Positions 13,822 through 27,699 are shown, counted from the first letter of the stretch. The stretch: 64,000 nt of DNA from Felis catus (GCF_018350175.1 NC_058368.1:46502001-46566000), one strand, 5' to 3'. Numbers and translations are program-made. The notes: generated by a model not told the origin, from the sequence alone.

Positions 13822-15680
13822 TTCATTCACTTAATACTTACTGAAATTTTATAATACATAATGTATTACATCTTACGTGTTCAGTTTTGTGGTACACAAA
13901 GTTGAATCAGACATGGGTCCTGTTTTATTAGCAGAGTAACTAAAATATAAAACATGTTTATGGATAACCATAATACCATTACGATGTGATAAATGATGTT
14001 TTTATAAGTTGATGAGAAAAAGCTGTAGGAGTTCAAAAGCAAGAACTAGTGGCCGTGAGAAACCTTCAGAATATTCTTAAAGGAGATGGCATGTGAGAGA
14101 GCTCTGGAATAGAGGAGAGACTTGCAAATGGAGAATAGGGCAGAGGCAGAGCAGAGTTGGGGAGAGAAGGTTCATTCCTGGCATAGGTACGAACACCAAA
14201 GGCATAAAAGAATAGTGAATATATCATTTAAATTGAAGTAAGAGATAAATCTAGGAATAGTTTGAAAACAACACATAAGGAGCCTTAAAAAACAACAGAT
14301 TGATCTTTAACTTTATAACCAGTCACATTTGGTTATTTATAATCAATAACTTTGAAGTAACTGTTCAAGGATTTTTTTTGGTTCATTTCTTTTGCCATTG
14401 TTTGTTTTCAAACACAAATGGAGAAAGTTGTGTGCAAGGATATCATTTAAAAGATTCATTTTTCCTGAAATCTATGATGTCCCAAACTTGATCAACAATA
14501 CTATAGTCTAGAGACAATAGAAAGGGTGAAGTTGATAGAATATGAGCTGGAGAGGCAGAGAGATTATGATCAACAATGCAAATTAGTTTATATATCGAGG
14601 TTAAATGAGAAAAAAAAGCCTCTTTATTAATAAAAACTTTAAGAGCCTGGTTGGCTGAAATCAAAGTGATCCCACTGGAAACAGGAGCAAAGATGAAAGT
14701 GAAGATAAATGTTGAATATATTTATTTTTTTTCAACGTTTATTTATTTTTGGGACAGAGAGAGACAGAGCATAAACGGGCAAGGGGCAGAGAGAGAGGGA
14801 GACACAGAATCGGAAACAGGCTCCAGGCTCCGAGCCATCAGCCCAGAGCCTGATGCGGGGCTCGAACTCCCGGACCGCGAGATCGTGACCTGGCTGAAGT
14901 CGGACGCCTAACCGACTGCGCCACCCAGGCGCCCCAAATGTTGAATATATTTAGTGGTAGTGGAATTTATATGTGAAATTCAAGTAATTGGACATCTACT
15001 ATTGGTGCTTAGGAGAGAGAAGGACATACATTTGGAAGTCATCTACACAGAGATAACAGCTCAAATCATGAATTCTTTAATACTTTAAGAAAGAGTGGCT
15101 CCTGAATACTGCAATGTACTTGTGGTTTTCGACACAATTTCATCAGTAAGAGTAGTTCACTAGGGATGTGACTCTCCAATGAGAAATAATCTCTACAAAC
15201 AGGGAGACATAAATCTCAACCTTGAGAGACACAGATAGAACAGTGTACTAAGGCAGGACGAAAAAAGAGTTTTGTCCCACACTATCTCCAATGTTAGCAG
15301 TCTGATAAAAAGACTACAAACAGTTCTTCAGCGGAAAAACATATTTATGATATTAGTTGAAGGATAAAAATGAGGGGAAAGAGGGGTCAGAATATGGCAT
15401 GGAAACCGGTATAATGAAAATTTAAAAAGAAAGCTGCCAAATGCTGGAGGAAAAAAACAACAACAACAACCAGAAATGGTAAGAGGATAAGAAATGAGGT
15501 AATTTGGCAATTAGAACGTTGCTGGTTACTTTCAGAGTAAGTTGAGAAATTTCAGTAGAATTTTTGTGGAGCCTACACACAAGATGTTGTGCAGGATTTT
15601 AGAGATGGAAGATCATGAAAAGAAAAGACGAAATCATCAGGGCTTGAGGCATTAATAGTGTTTAAAGAAGATGAACCCAT
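13822..15680 (-). mobile_element. Degraded L2 fragments interrupted by a CanSINE
   Basis: TTCATTCACTTAATACTTACTGA tail at 13822; L2-like 'gatggcatgtgagagagctctgga' and 'tttggaagtcatctacacagagataacagctcaaatcatg'; extent approximate. Confidence 0.55.
14725..14935 (-). mobile_element. Young feline CanSINE (SINEC_Fc-type)
   Basis: CpG-rich full-length copy; perfect 18-bp TSD AAATGTTGAATATATTTA at 14707-14724 and 14936-14953. Confidence 0.97.
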
Positions 15681-15688
15681 GTCTACAA

Positions 15689-15989
15689 CAGCATTGTTCC
15701 AGTAGAAATATGCAACCGCCACCTGACTTTTTACATCTTTTGGTAAACATCTTTAAAAATTTGAAGTTAAATTAATAACATATTTTATATAACTCAACAT
15801 GTACAAAATATTATTTTCAGCATGTAATTAATATGAAAATTATTGAGATATTGTACCTTATTTTTTCCCATTATCTTCTCCAAATTTCATTTGCACTCTA
15901 CACTTACAGCATACCTGAATCTGGACTATTGATATTTCAAGTGTTCAGAAACCACAGGAGGGTAGTGGCCACTGTGCTGGGTAGGAAAG
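15689..15989. mobile_element. MER33 (hAT-Charlie MITE)
   Basis: 'cagcattgttccagtagaaatat...acacttacagcatacctgaatctggactattgatatttcaagtgttcagaaaccacaggagggtagtggccac' matches recalled MER33. Confidence 0.8.
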
Positions 15990-16679
15990 CTCTAGAAGAA
16001 GAGAGCTACATGCTAAGAATGGCTTTTGAAGTTGTTGCTTGACTGCTAAGTTTGGTTAACTGGCCAATAAGTACTATTATGTATATATTTATTTTCTCTC
16101 TTTCTTGTCGTAAATACAAAAGAAAACAATGAGAAGGTGTTTGAATTGGGGATCACAGAATACTGTTTGAAATTCCCTTTGTAAGTGAGCAAGATTATTT
16201 GAAATGGGAACTTAAACTAAGACACTTTGAAGGTAATCACATGAGCTTTTAAAGATACAGTATAAAAGTTAAAAGTAGGAAATACTTCCAGGATTCCTGA
16301 AGTAAAAGACACATTATAAACAGAAGACTAAAATTGGTTTGAGAATTTCAAAATCATTCCTCATGGAATCATAATTATATCAACTTGTATAAATAAAAGG
16401 TCAAGAACTTTCTAAATAATTGCATCCAGACATTGTCTCATTAACTAGAATCCCACACGCAAAAGTAATTCAACATCTATCAGATTTATCCTTTGCTCAC
16501 TCTGTTTTCTCAAGACTGATGAAGACAGCCAAATCACACATCTGGCGTATCTTCTTCAAGCCATTTTTACTGCTACATCAAATAAGATGAATTCCAAATA
16601 CTACACTTTTTACCAATCAAAAAAGAATTCACTATAAAACAAAAGCAAAACTATATTATTTTAAGAATATTTTCCTTTA

Positions 16680-16884
16680 TTTTAGCTTTTATTTTTTTTT
16701 CTTATTTTAGAGAGAAAGAGCATGAGTGGGGGAGAGGGGCAGAGGTAGAGAGAAAGAGAATATTAAGCAGGCTCCACGCTCAGCATGGAGTCCAACTCGG
16801 GTCTCAATCCCACGACCCTGGGATCATGACCTGAGCTGAAATCAAGAGTCAGACACTCAACCAACTGAGCCACTCAGGCATCCC
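16680..16884 (-). mobile_element. CanSINE
   Basis: SINE body; TSD AAGAATAT(T/C)TTCCTTTA at 16663 and 16885. Confidence 0.95.
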
Positions 16885-17223
16885 AAGAATATCTTCCTTT
16901 ACAAAGTATGCTCACCATTTTTATTAGCAATTAAAACTAAACAATAGCATAGCATATGAAATGAAAAACTAGACACCTTAGAATATAGATACTGTTTTAC
17001 AATTTAAAAAAATCACATGGAAAGAAATTTCAGCCTACTTAAAAAATATGCCTCAGTAAAATTCTGATTTATTTATATTCACATGAATGTGCTTGAAAGA
17101 AAAAGTGTGCTTATGTTAGGACAATTCACATTGGTAGACCAACCATCCCTCGGAGCTGGATGACACAGACACAAGATGGCACCAACAGTAAAGCTGGATG
17201 AGATATAATTGTATGTGCTCCTG

Positions 17224-17224
<1 letters not shown>

Positions 17225-17264
<40 letters not shown>
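17225..17264. repeat. (TA)20 microsatellite
   Basis: Read directly. Confidence 0.97.
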
Positions 17265-17272
<8 letters not shown>

Positions 17273-17431
17273 TACATATATAATATCTCCAGCAGTCACT
17301 TCTCAGTACCTCATAATTTCAAATTGAAACTTGCTGGAATTTCTAAATTGATCGCGTCATCATATGACAATACCATGTATAATGTGTAGTCATTTTTTAT
17401 ACTGAAAAACATAAATTAAAACATAGATTTG

Positions 17432-17612
17432 GGGGTGCCTGGGTGGCTCAGTGATCAGACTCTTGATTTGGGCTCAATTCATGATCTCATAGTGATGGGA
17501 TTGAGCCCTGTGTGGAGTTCTGCACTGAGCATTGGAGCCCACTTGGGATTCTCTCTCTCCCTTTGTCTTTCCCTTTCCCCATCTCAAAATAAATAAATAA
17601 ACATTAAAAAAT
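17432..17612 (+). mobile_element. CanSINE (internally deleted)
   Basis: GGGGTGCCTGGGTGGCTCAG head; AATAAA/A tail. Confidence 0.93.
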
Positions 17613-18257
17613 AAAATAATGATTTGGATATTCTACTCAATATTTTCAAAATTCTTTCAAAATGAAAGCCGTTGCTACCTGCCATTTGTCTTTCATACTT
17701 AAATGAAGGATATTACTTCTTATTTCATAAGATTTTCTTGTAGAGTTGACTTGCTTCCCACCTAAGCCCAAACAGGTTCATTGAAACAATGCCTATAGCA
17801 TATTTGACACAACCCTTCTATTGTACAGAGTACCAAGGCCTTCAATAATTGATTTTTGTTTTGATTATTGGAAGGAGAAAAATAGGTAAAATGCCCACAA
17901 AGAATTGTCTTATCTGGTGATGGTAAGCAAGGACAGGCTGGCACAAAAGACACTGGTCAAACAAGAATTTTCTTCATCTCCTCTACAAAAGGGCTTCAAT
18001 TCTGTCTATCATCATTAGGGGGAAGTTTTACAATAAAAAAAATACATATTAAAACATGGTATTGAGAGAAAATCCCACCATTTACTTGTTTACTCCATTT
18101 AATATTATATTTTCATTTTTCTGTTGAAGATAAAACTGTAGCAAAATATTTCTCCAAAATGCTTGACAAAATTAGTGATGCATCTAAAAACATATCGGAG
18201 GTTATTTTGCTGCTGAATTTGAAATGTGAGTTAATTTAGTTAAAATATTAAAATCTA

Positions 18258-18485
18258 GGGGTACCCGGCGGGCTCCGTCAGTTGAGCATCCCACCTCGGC
18301 TCAGATCATGATTTCATGGTTTGTGAGTTCGAGCCCTACATTGGGCTCTGGTTGACAGCTCAGAGCCTGGAGCCTCCTTCAGATTCTGTGTCTCCCTCTC
18401 TCTCTGCCCCTTCCCCACTCACACTCTGTCTCTCTCTCTAAAAAAAATAAATTAAAAACATTAAAAATAAATAAATAAAATAAAT
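18258..18485 (+). mobile_element. CanSINE
   Basis: Diverged head GGGGTACCCGGCGGGCTCCGTCAG, B-box GTTCGAGCC, (CT)n, A-rich tail. Confidence 0.93.
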
Positions 18486-18909
18486 CCAAATCTATAAAAA
18501 TAAAATTATTGAACAGGTATAATGGATAAAGATGGAAACCAAATAATTATCCTTCCCAAATCCCTTTGGTAAATTAATGTTTCTTCCATTATTTTCTGGG
18601 CTACTCTGGCACAGAAGGAAAAAATGAGCCATCCGTCAAATAATGAAATAAGAAATAATTTCATCTTCCAGAAAACAACACCTATGTATAATCATTTAAA
18701 ACATTAAAAAAAATAATACTAATAACATAGCCCAATGGATCCACTGGAAACCAAGTTTTACTAATAATCTATGGAAATTCAACTGCTAAAAAAAAAAAAA
18801 TCAGCATTTTCCTCAGTTAAGGTTCCAAGTATCAATGGTGATTACTAGCCTTTTATTCTTCTTTCTCATCTCTCTGAATAGCATACTAATGTTGAAAGTG
18901 TAACATGCA

Positions 18910-19132
18910 GGGGCACCTGGGTGGCTCAGTTGGTTAAGTGTCCAACTCTTGATTTTAGCTCACATCATGATCTCACGGTTCATGAGTTCAAGCCCCACAT
19001 CAGGCTCTGCATTGACAGTGCAGAGCCTGCTTGGGATTCTCTCTCTCCCTCTCTCTCTCTGCCCCTCCGCCACTTGTGCATGAGCTCTCACACTCTCTCC
19101 CTCCCCCAACCCCAAATAAATACATTTTTTTA
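18910..19132 (+). mobile_element. CanSINE
   Basis: GGGGCACCTGGGTGGCTCAG head; TGTAACATG repeated on both flanks. Confidence 0.95.
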
Positions 19133-19737
19133 AAAATGTAACATGTGAAGTGTGCTAATCACTATCAAGCGAAAACTTTACTCATTTAACATGAGATATT
19201 CTCAAAATGTATTCATCATTTCAAAATTGAAACTCTATGCTTATAACATATACTCCCCTGTGAAAAAGATAAAAAGAGGAAAAATGCAAACAAATATTTT
19301 GTTTTTAGTTCCCTTGAGCAAATAGCTGATAATAAAAAACAAAATATGTTTTATTATCAGTAAAGGTGCTATTTTCTCCTCTCTCTGGAATCACAAGCTC
19401 TTCCAAATGTCACCTTGGTTTGAATATCTCAATATAATTCCCTTCTTCATCTCATACTTCTTTTCTAAAAAGGTAGAAATACTGCAATCCTTTTTACCTC
19501 AAAACATTAGTATACAAAACTCTTAAATAAGCAAAATTTGCCTTTACTTTTTCTCTTGACCTTACTTAATATTTCCTCTCTAAAGATATTCTAATACTTT
19601 TTATTCCATGTGCTATTTCTCCAAAGATATTTACGGGGTTTATAGGAAAGTTCTACTTCTAAAGTCACATAACAAAGGTGAAAGCCAAAACACTGGCTTC
19701 TTCATTGGATAGCTCTTTAAATAAAATAACTATTATT

Positions 19738-19961
19738 GGGGTGCCTGGGTGGCTCAGTCGGTTAAGCAGTTAAGCAGCCGACTTCAGCTCAGGTCATGAT
19801 CGCACAGTTCGTGGGTTCGAGCCCCCTGTCAGGCTCTGTGCAGACAGCTCAGAATCTGGAGGCTGCTTTAGATTCTGTGTCTCCCTCTCTCTCTACCCTA
19901 CCCCACTCGCACTCTGTGTCTCTCTTTCTCAAAAATAAATAAACATTAAAAAAATGTTAAA
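19738..19961 (+). mobile_element. CanSINE
   Basis: Head and tail present; internal 8-bp tandem duplication GTTAAGCA. Confidence 0.95.
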
Positions 19962-20409
19962 TTCAATAACCATCACTGAAGTCCTGGTTTTTGCACAGTG
20001 GTGTGTTTGACAAAGTAGAAGAATGAGTTTTCAGTTGCATAGGGAACAGGACATGCATATCCATAAAACAGAAGTCAAACTAGAACACACAGCACACTGA
20101 TCTCAGTGCCAAAATTACTGACCAACTTAGTGTCTTGTGAGTTTAAAAAGGACAGATCACTAAATGGAAGAGTAATCAGGGAATGCCTTTATGGACCCCC
20201 AAACAGATCAGGCTCTATGAAACAGATTGTAGATAAAAGCCAAGGCAGGAGACACCAATAGAATTAAGACACAGTCATGGAAATCATAACAGTATATTTG
20301 AAACACAGGGACGAGATTGCCTGGCCTGCCTCAAGTCAAAGGTTGCTGTTAGGATTATTAAAAGCAATAAGGCAGATTACGTTCCTATATGTTTCACTTT
20401 TTTGTACAA

Positions 20410-20530
20410 TTCTCCCAAGACCTCTATGAGGTAGATATGTTCTTTCTTGCAGATAAGCGTATAAGGAGACTTTAGGCTTCTGCCCAGCCCTCCTGACATG
20501 GTAAGTGGAAAAGCCCAGGTATGAAACTCA
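20410..20530 (-). mobile_element. MIR fragment
   Basis: 'ctctatgaggtagat...gcagataag...ggtaagtggaaaagcccaggtatgaaactca' MIR core-like. Confidence 0.5.
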
Positions 20531-21101
20531 TTTGGAAGATATTCTATGCCAGGTAACAGGGATGGGACTTGATTCCTTAGACAGTATACATTTTCTAAAT
20601 ATCTTTAAACAGTTTTTATGACTTTATAAAATCAATAAGATTGATATGGGTATTTGATTTAAAACTCGTTTTCTAATATATTCATATTAGCAAAAGAGAA
20701 AATTATATTTAAAAGAAACTCTTTGAGTCTCCTTCAAATAAAATGAGTCAATCCTTATACAGTTCTATTTGTTACCATGTGATCTCAGCTTCTCCTAATT
20801 ATGTCAGGAGTCAACCGGTTTACAGAAAGATTTTATCAAATTGATTGAAGCCCCAAACCCTGGAAACTAAAAGAGAAATATAACAACACAGCCACATGCC
20901 ATTTTTTCCTACTTCTCACTTCCAAAGCTCAACAGCACAGAGGGACAGATAAGGTGTGAATGGAAAAATTTTACTATCCTGACATCTGGTGAAAATGTCA
21001 CTTTACTGAAAGTATTGCACTTAATAAATTTATTTGTTGTGATGATAGATTCCCTCCTAAGTAGTAGAAAAAGAAGCAATGGAAGGTTGAACTATTTAAT
21101 A

Positions 21102-21316
21102 TTTTTTAGAACATTTTTTAACGTTTATTTATTTTTAAGACAGAAACAGAGTACAAGCAGGGAAGGGGCAGAGAGAGGGAGACACAGAATCCAAAGCAAG
21201 CTCAAGGCCCTGAGCTATCATCACAGAGCCCGACATGGGGCTCGAACCCACAAACCACAACATCATGACCTGAGCCGAAGTCAGATGCTTAACCAACTGA
21301 GCCACCCAGGAGCCCC
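21102..21316 (-). mobile_element. CanSINE
   Basis: SINE body; TSD AACTATTTAATA at 21090 and 21318. Confidence 0.95.
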
Positions 21317-21479
21317 AAACTATTTAATAATTTGGAAATGATAATCTTGGGATAAACTAACCACCACATTATGTATTTTTTCTAGCAATTAAGTTTAGAA
21401 ACTTGCAAAAGAATGAAGTACAGTATCCCAAACAAGGCATGGAAAACTCACCACCCTCTGCATCAGTTAGCTCAAGGCT

Positions 21480-21800
21480 GATAAATTATAAAAAAGACAC
21501 AGACAAACTAGAAAGTATCCAATGAGGCGAGATCTCAGTGCTAAGACTGAGAAAACACTGAAAGAAGGGGTGATATCATGCCTGGAAGGCAGGGAAGCCA
21601 GAAGTAAGTTGTCTTTTCAAATGTCTAGAGGATCATGATACTGATGAGGGATCAATGTGGCCTTCCAAACAGAAACCAGGAACAAAATAGACCCTTCCAA
21701 TTTACTCAAGAAAGTAAGAACTCCTACAATGAATGTGACCGAACAATAAGAATATGCTGTTAAGAATGGTTTAACCACAGATTTAACAACTACCTTTGAA
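21480..21800 (+). mobile_element. CR1/L3-like LINE fragment
   Basis: 'aaagacacagacaaactagaaagtatcca...gtcttttcaaatgtctagaggatcatg' resembles the L3/CR1 3' region. Confidence 0.4.
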
Positions 21801-22429
21801 GAATGTTGTATGTGGGTGACGGCTACGATTGAAATTTAAGTAAACTTTATGAAAACTATAAGTCAAATTTTATGTGATTTTAGGAGAGCACACACAAAAA
21901 AGAAAGGGGTTTCTGTGGCTGTGTCAAATGAATGAAGCAGCACACTTTAAAAGTGTATGTAAACTCAAGCAAACTCCAGAATTTTTCTTTGATGCTCTAG
22001 CACTTTTGTCTGGGAGTCAACCAATTATATGAGCAATCAAACAGGTTTGGTTAAAAAACAAAAAAACAAAACAAAACAAAACAAAACTATGCTTAGAATC
22101 AGAGTTTCATTTTATTTATTCGTTTACTTTTGGCAAATCAACATCTCTGAATCTCTTTTTTTTTTAATATCTTAAGTAGCAATGACACCATGTGCATGAT
22201 AGGCTAGGGTGAGTATCAAAATAATCTTATTTCAACTGTGTCTTTTTTGTTGTGAACTATGCGGTACTGAGCATCATGAAAGCTTGTTTTCATTGGCTTT
22301 ATTTTGTTTTCAAAATAAGTTTCTGTCCAGTATTTCGTCCCAGAAATCTCTTAGTTATTAAAGAATTCATCTGTCCTACTTTAGTTTACCTCTTCTTTTC
22401 TCTTCGAGTTCTACTAGTGGTTCATTATC

Positions 22430-22900
22430 ATGAGAACATATGTAATAGCTTCACAAATGCCTATGAAAAATGAATGTTTTGTAGTAGTGGCATCTCCAAA
22501 AGATAATTGTCATACAAACTTCAGTATGCATGTGCATGTCAGAAGATTTGACCTCACAGCATCAAAGGGAAGAAAAGCAATAATTTCTTGCTACTTGGTG
22601 AATATGCAAATTGGATTATACTATCATAACATAAATCCTAATGGATGTCTAAATCGTAATGGCATGGCACAGAAGGCTAGATGAAACATAGCTTCATAGA
22701 TTTCAAGTTTCCACCAACAAATCTGTTTCATCAAACGTGTCACCCAGATTAAGAAATAATTCAGTGTGGATCCTCCTGGAGAACCAATTACCAAGCAAGT
22801 GCAAAATCATATAACAACCTTGTATAATTGTGCAACTGTGTTCCCAAAGGACAATGTTACAACGGGAGTGGTGCTTTAAAATTCACCAACCTGGGTGCAG
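22430..22900. promoter_or_regulatory. Putative conserved non-coding element
   Basis: Repeat-free; TGACCT (22549), ATCAAAG (22561), ATGCAAAT (22604), GGATTA (22613). Confidence 0.3.
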
Positions 22901-23686
22901 CCATATTGGAATCTGCCATTAGGTAAACAAAACAAGGTTCCCACTCCCAAGGAAACTGGAGGGCTCTCGAGTGCAGGGAAAATGGGGAGGTTGCCATGTT
23001 CTTCTACCACATCTCAAAACATGAGTCATCCATACTTGTCAACAATGAAGACAATATCTTAAAAAATTGTTGTTACATCTAATAAGTGGCATTAAAGACA
23101 AGGAAGATTCTTCCAAAATGTGCATTGATAGAGAGGAAATTCATATGTAGGGATGGAAGAGAATGTAGATATTAAACCCTTCTGTTTATAGATGAGAAAG
23201 TAGAAGCTTATGAAGAGTACGAACTCAATCACATTTGGGTGCCGTCTGGCTACTGATGAAGTGAGCTCACTTAACTGCTACAATTTTTTAGAAACCCAGC
23301 ACTAAAAAGGGCATGATTATTACAATAGGATGAAATCCACTGCAAATATCCCCAAGTTGATCCAGTACAACCTTACATTAAGGACCTATTTGGAACTCTT
23401 ATACCTCTGTAGCATCAACAACCCATTCCTGGCTGTGCCGATTTTCAGCACCTCAGATAAAAGAAATGGTAACAGAAACCCATGATCTGCACATTAGCTC
23501 TGTTACCTGATGAAGCCATTAAGTAGTTAGTGCCAGCCTTGATTGGTTGCTCACAGAACTTTATAAAAGTTTCTAGGTTCCTTCACAAGTTTAGTAAGAC
23601 TTCTCAAATAGTCGAACTACAAGTGAAAACTATGTCAACTTATAGTCAATTGAGTTATTTAAATATATTTATTTAAGATACACTAC

Positions 23687-23855
23687 GGGGTGCCTGGGTG
23701 GCTCAGTAGGTTAAGCGTTTGACTTCAGCTCAGGCCATGATCTCGTGGTTCATGAGTTCGAGACCTGCATCAGATTCTGTGCTGACAGCTCAGAGCCTGG
23801 AGCCTGCTTTGGCTTCTGTGTCTTCCTCTCTCTCCCTGCCCCTCCCCTGCTCACA

Positions 23856-23886
<31 letters not shown>

Positions 23887-23920
23887 AAAAATAGATAAAC
23901 AATAAAAAAAAATTTTTTTT
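23687..23920 (+). mobile_element. CanSINE
   Basis: Head and tail present; TSD TAAGATACAC at 23674 and 23921. Confidence 0.95.
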
Positions 23921-24846
23921 TAAGATACACCATAAATACAGTATAAATATTCTCCCCCCAAAAGATTCAGCTTGGTGGAGTACACACTTCTTTAGGAGCA
24001 TGTACGAATTGACAAAGTTATGTATGCAACTATAAACAACCGGCTTGGCAGTTAAATTTATATATTATATTTGTATATATGAATAGCTCTGACACTTGAT
24101 ATCTATTTTATACAAAATGAACAGTAACTAGCTTTTATAAGAAAACATTAAAAACAGTTCAAAATACAGCAATGAGGGTTAAAACTAAATTATCTAATTT
24201 AGTCAGCAGACTCTGTAGAATTAATAAATAAGAATTATTAAAAGCAAGCTTCCCTGAGCAAAAAAAAAAAAAAAAAAGTGCTTATGCCCAAGCTGGCCCA
24301 CATGCAGGGATGCCCTCGGGCATGCTAGGACTTTCTTCAGGAAATGTTTGGTTTAGATAAATTCAGGAGCTATATTTACCTAGAGAATGTCTCTCCTGGG
24401 TCCATGGGAAGAAGCAGGGAAATCTGAGTTCTGCCTTCCAAACCTCATTTCCCTAGGGATTCTAATTGAATTATGTCCTAATGGGTTCTTGGATAACACT
24501 GTAGCAACTTTCTTAGAGCCAAGAGGCCCTAAGTACTTCAGGTAAGAATTTCAAGACCACCCTGGCCAACTCTCACATTCCTGAGGTGTCAGAAAGGGCT
24601 CGCCCAGTATGTGTATGATCTTGCCAGGTAAACACAAACGAGCTATTCTGCGGAGAAGTGAAAAGTAATAGAAAGATCTTTTGGAGACAGCCTGGTGGCT
24701 TTCAACTGTAAAAAAAAAAAAAACCTAAGTAAACTGAGGATACCTTTGCCATCCAAAGTCAACTTCAAATTTATTACTAACCGGCTAACTTTACACATGC
24801 ACTGGTACAGATTAGCCTGAGTAAACCATATTCCATTAATGGGATC

Positions 24847-24847
<1 letters not shown>

Positions 24848-24879
<32 letters not shown>
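24848..24879 (+). repeat. Poly(A)32 tract (A18 at 24260 and A14 at 24710 nearby)
   Basis: Read directly. Confidence 0.95.
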
Positions 24880-24882
<3 letters not shown>

Positions 24883-25138
24883 CGTAAAACAATGTTGAGG
24901 TGGAAAAACAAAATATACACTGAAGGTGGGTAACAGTGTCATCGTTCAGCAAAGAGTGGTAAGAAACATTACTTAAGACAAAGAAAACAGCGTGGAAGAC
25001 AACTTTGAGACAATACAGTGACGTTCATAAGGCCAGAACTTGATCGCCATGAATAGCAGCTAAAGGATGTTAGAGATGAAAGGGTACTTGAGGATCATTC
25101 TAAACGTGAAGAAAGAAAAGCCCAGCCCCTTAGTTTTT

Positions 25139-25347
25139 TGTTTTTGCTTTTTTTTTAATGCTTTATTTTTTGAGAGAGCGCAAGTGGGGGAGGGGCAGAG
25201 AGAGAGAAAGAAAGGATCAGAGCGGGTTCTGCACTGACAGGTTGACAGCAGTGAGCCTAATGTGGAGCTGGAACTCACTAACCGTAAGTAAGATCACGAC
25301 CTGAGCGGAGGTCAGAAGCTCAACCGACTGAGCCACCCAGGCCCCCT
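25139..25347 (-). mobile_element. CanSINE
   Basis: TSD CCAGCCCCTTAGTTTTT at 25122 and 25348. Confidence 0.95.
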
Positions 25348-26427
25348 CCAGCCCCTTAGTTTTTAAATAGGGAAATCTACTTAGAAAAAAATCAGTAGGA
25401 CAGTCTGCTTACCCCATTAGAATGATATTCCTGGTGCTTGCTTTCCCGACCATCCCCAGTATGTTCTTCACCATTGGCATGAGCCTGGGAGCTCCACTGA
25501 ATAAAAATCAACAGATTTTCTCCACGTACTGCTACAGCATCTCCCACTCCCAAATCCTTGATGTCTCTGTCCTGTGTGAACTGATTGGAAATATGCTTCC
25601 TGAATTTTCAAAGAGCAGTGTGCCTTTTTATTAGCTCAGACAATAATGCAAGCACTTCAAAAACGCATGGGACATTTTCTTGACCGATGTATAATTCTTC
25701 ATAGCATCAATAAATTCTCTAATTCATCTCTATTTCACCAGAAACGTGAAAATTACACAGGCAAAACAGAATATCTAATCATTTAAAATATTTTTTTTCT
25801 CTGCTCACCAATCCAAAATCCAAACACCTACATGCTGTGAAAAATACCGAGATTGTACTTTGCTTAGCTAAAAACGTGCAACGACTAGTTTCTATTTAAT
25901 ATATAATTTTAGAACACTCTAGATTTTGTTTGGGAATGTGTTAAGAAAAGGTTGAATACATCAGGTAAAGGCTATGTGAACACATCAAATGAATGATAGG
26001 ACATTCTGCAAATGCCAGCACTTACCCCAGAACCTAGCACAGAGTAAGCCCTCAATCAATAGAAACTATTATTAGTATTAACTTTTTGAAAAATTTTCCT
26101 CATGTGTCATTCTCTCACATGAGAGCATTCCAAGAAGGTTTTTTTAAAAGGAATCACTCCTCAGATTTAAAACATGACGCAATGATGAAATGTAAATATT
26201 GTTGAAAGGAACAACATGTGGGAAACTGTTAGTCATCTATACCATTCTCGGAATCCAACTAGAGGCCAAAGTTTCACAAACATTACCTCTAAGCCTCACA
26301 ACAACTCAACATCACAGTCATTATAGTCTTCTTTTTAAAAACAAGCACCATGAGGATGAGAAGTAAGAGGTAAATAAGTGGAGAGCTGAGGATTTGGAGA
26401 CTACATGGCTTTCCCAGCATGGTCTTT

Positions 26428-26568
26428 CCACAGGGAGTCATACTCCGAGGGCCCAGCATTTGGTTTAATGTTCTGTTGCTGCCATCTTGAAATGATTAAT
26501 AATCTTTGAACACAGGTCCCCGTATTTTGATTTTGCACTGGGACCTGCAAATTATGTCACTAGTCCTG
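26428..26568. mobile_element. MER53 (hAT MITE) inside a MIR-like region
   Basis: 'gggcccagcatttggtttaatgttctgttgctgccatcttgaaat...ttttgcactgggacctgcaaattatgtcactagtcctg' matches recalled MER53. Confidence 0.75.
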
Positions 26569-27032
26569 TCCTTTCACTATACCAAGTTGTTTTCCTAAAT
26601 CGAAATACAATCAGACCATTTTCTGAGCAGAGGGAGAAAATTCACAGAATGCAAGGGGTAGAAGGATGATGAGAGAGAGTGGTGGAAATAGCCAACTGGA
26701 AGACAAAAATAAACACCTTCCCCTATTATGCTTTCCAGCAGCTACGTATGGAAACACCTTCTATGTGTGAGGAACTTTGTTGGGTATGAATACCATGTAG
26801 AATTCACGAATTAGGTCATATTCCCTCTCACTCCTGCTTTCCCCCATGCTCTTCCTCTGCCTGCAACACTCAGCTCCTTCCTCTCCTTTCTACTGTCCAC
26901 TCATTCTCAGAGTCTACATTCAGTCATCTGCTCCAGGAAACTTTCCCTGATTTACCAGGCCTTCCTGGGACACCCTGTCATTGCCTGCCACTAGCAATCA
27001 TTTACACCATCGTGTAATAATTATTCCTTTTG

Positions 27033-27229
27033 GGGGTGCCTAGGTGGCTCAGTCGGTTAAGCATCCGACTTCAGCTCAGGTCATCTCACAGTTTGTGGGT
27101 TCGAGTCCCACGTCAGGACTCTGTGCTGACAGCTCAGAGCCTGGAGCCTGCCTCAGATTCTGTGTCTCCTTCTCTCTCTGCCCCTCCCCACCTCAAAAAT
27201 AAATAAACATTAAAAAAATTTAAAAATCA
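27033..27229 (+). mobile_element. CanSINE inserted in a + strand L2 3' fragment (about 26815-27350)
   Basis: Head GGGGTGCCTAGGTGGCTCAG; TSD GTAATAATTATT(T)CCTTTTG on both sides. Confidence 0.95.
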
Positions 27230-27699
27230 GTAATAATTATTTCCTTTTGATTGTCTTTCTAATCCATGGGCTGAGGGACTATACCTTACATTGCTGCAAT
27301 GCCACACCTATGTTTGTTTAATTAATAAATGCATGCATAAATGAGTGCATGAAAAAGGGACTGATGATCTAAACAAAAACATTTCAAGGAAATGGACCAC
27401 TTAATAGCACTTGAATGTACTATTTTAACACGTGTCTTAACTGGACTTCATTAGGAAAATAATTGTTTAATTTTGCTACAAAATGAAAATTGTTTAGAAT
27501 TCAACAGTTAAATACTAAACTAGGAAATAAAAGCACTGTTTAATTTAATCTTTCTCACTATTATTTGCATGGCTTTTTCATATTTTTAGTAATCAGTAAA
27601 ATGTAAATTGATTTTAAGCCAAGAATAAAAGAAATATCCTGAAAAAATGTTGTTTGATATTTCTACACTATTTACTTTTAAGAATTCAATCATTACAAT

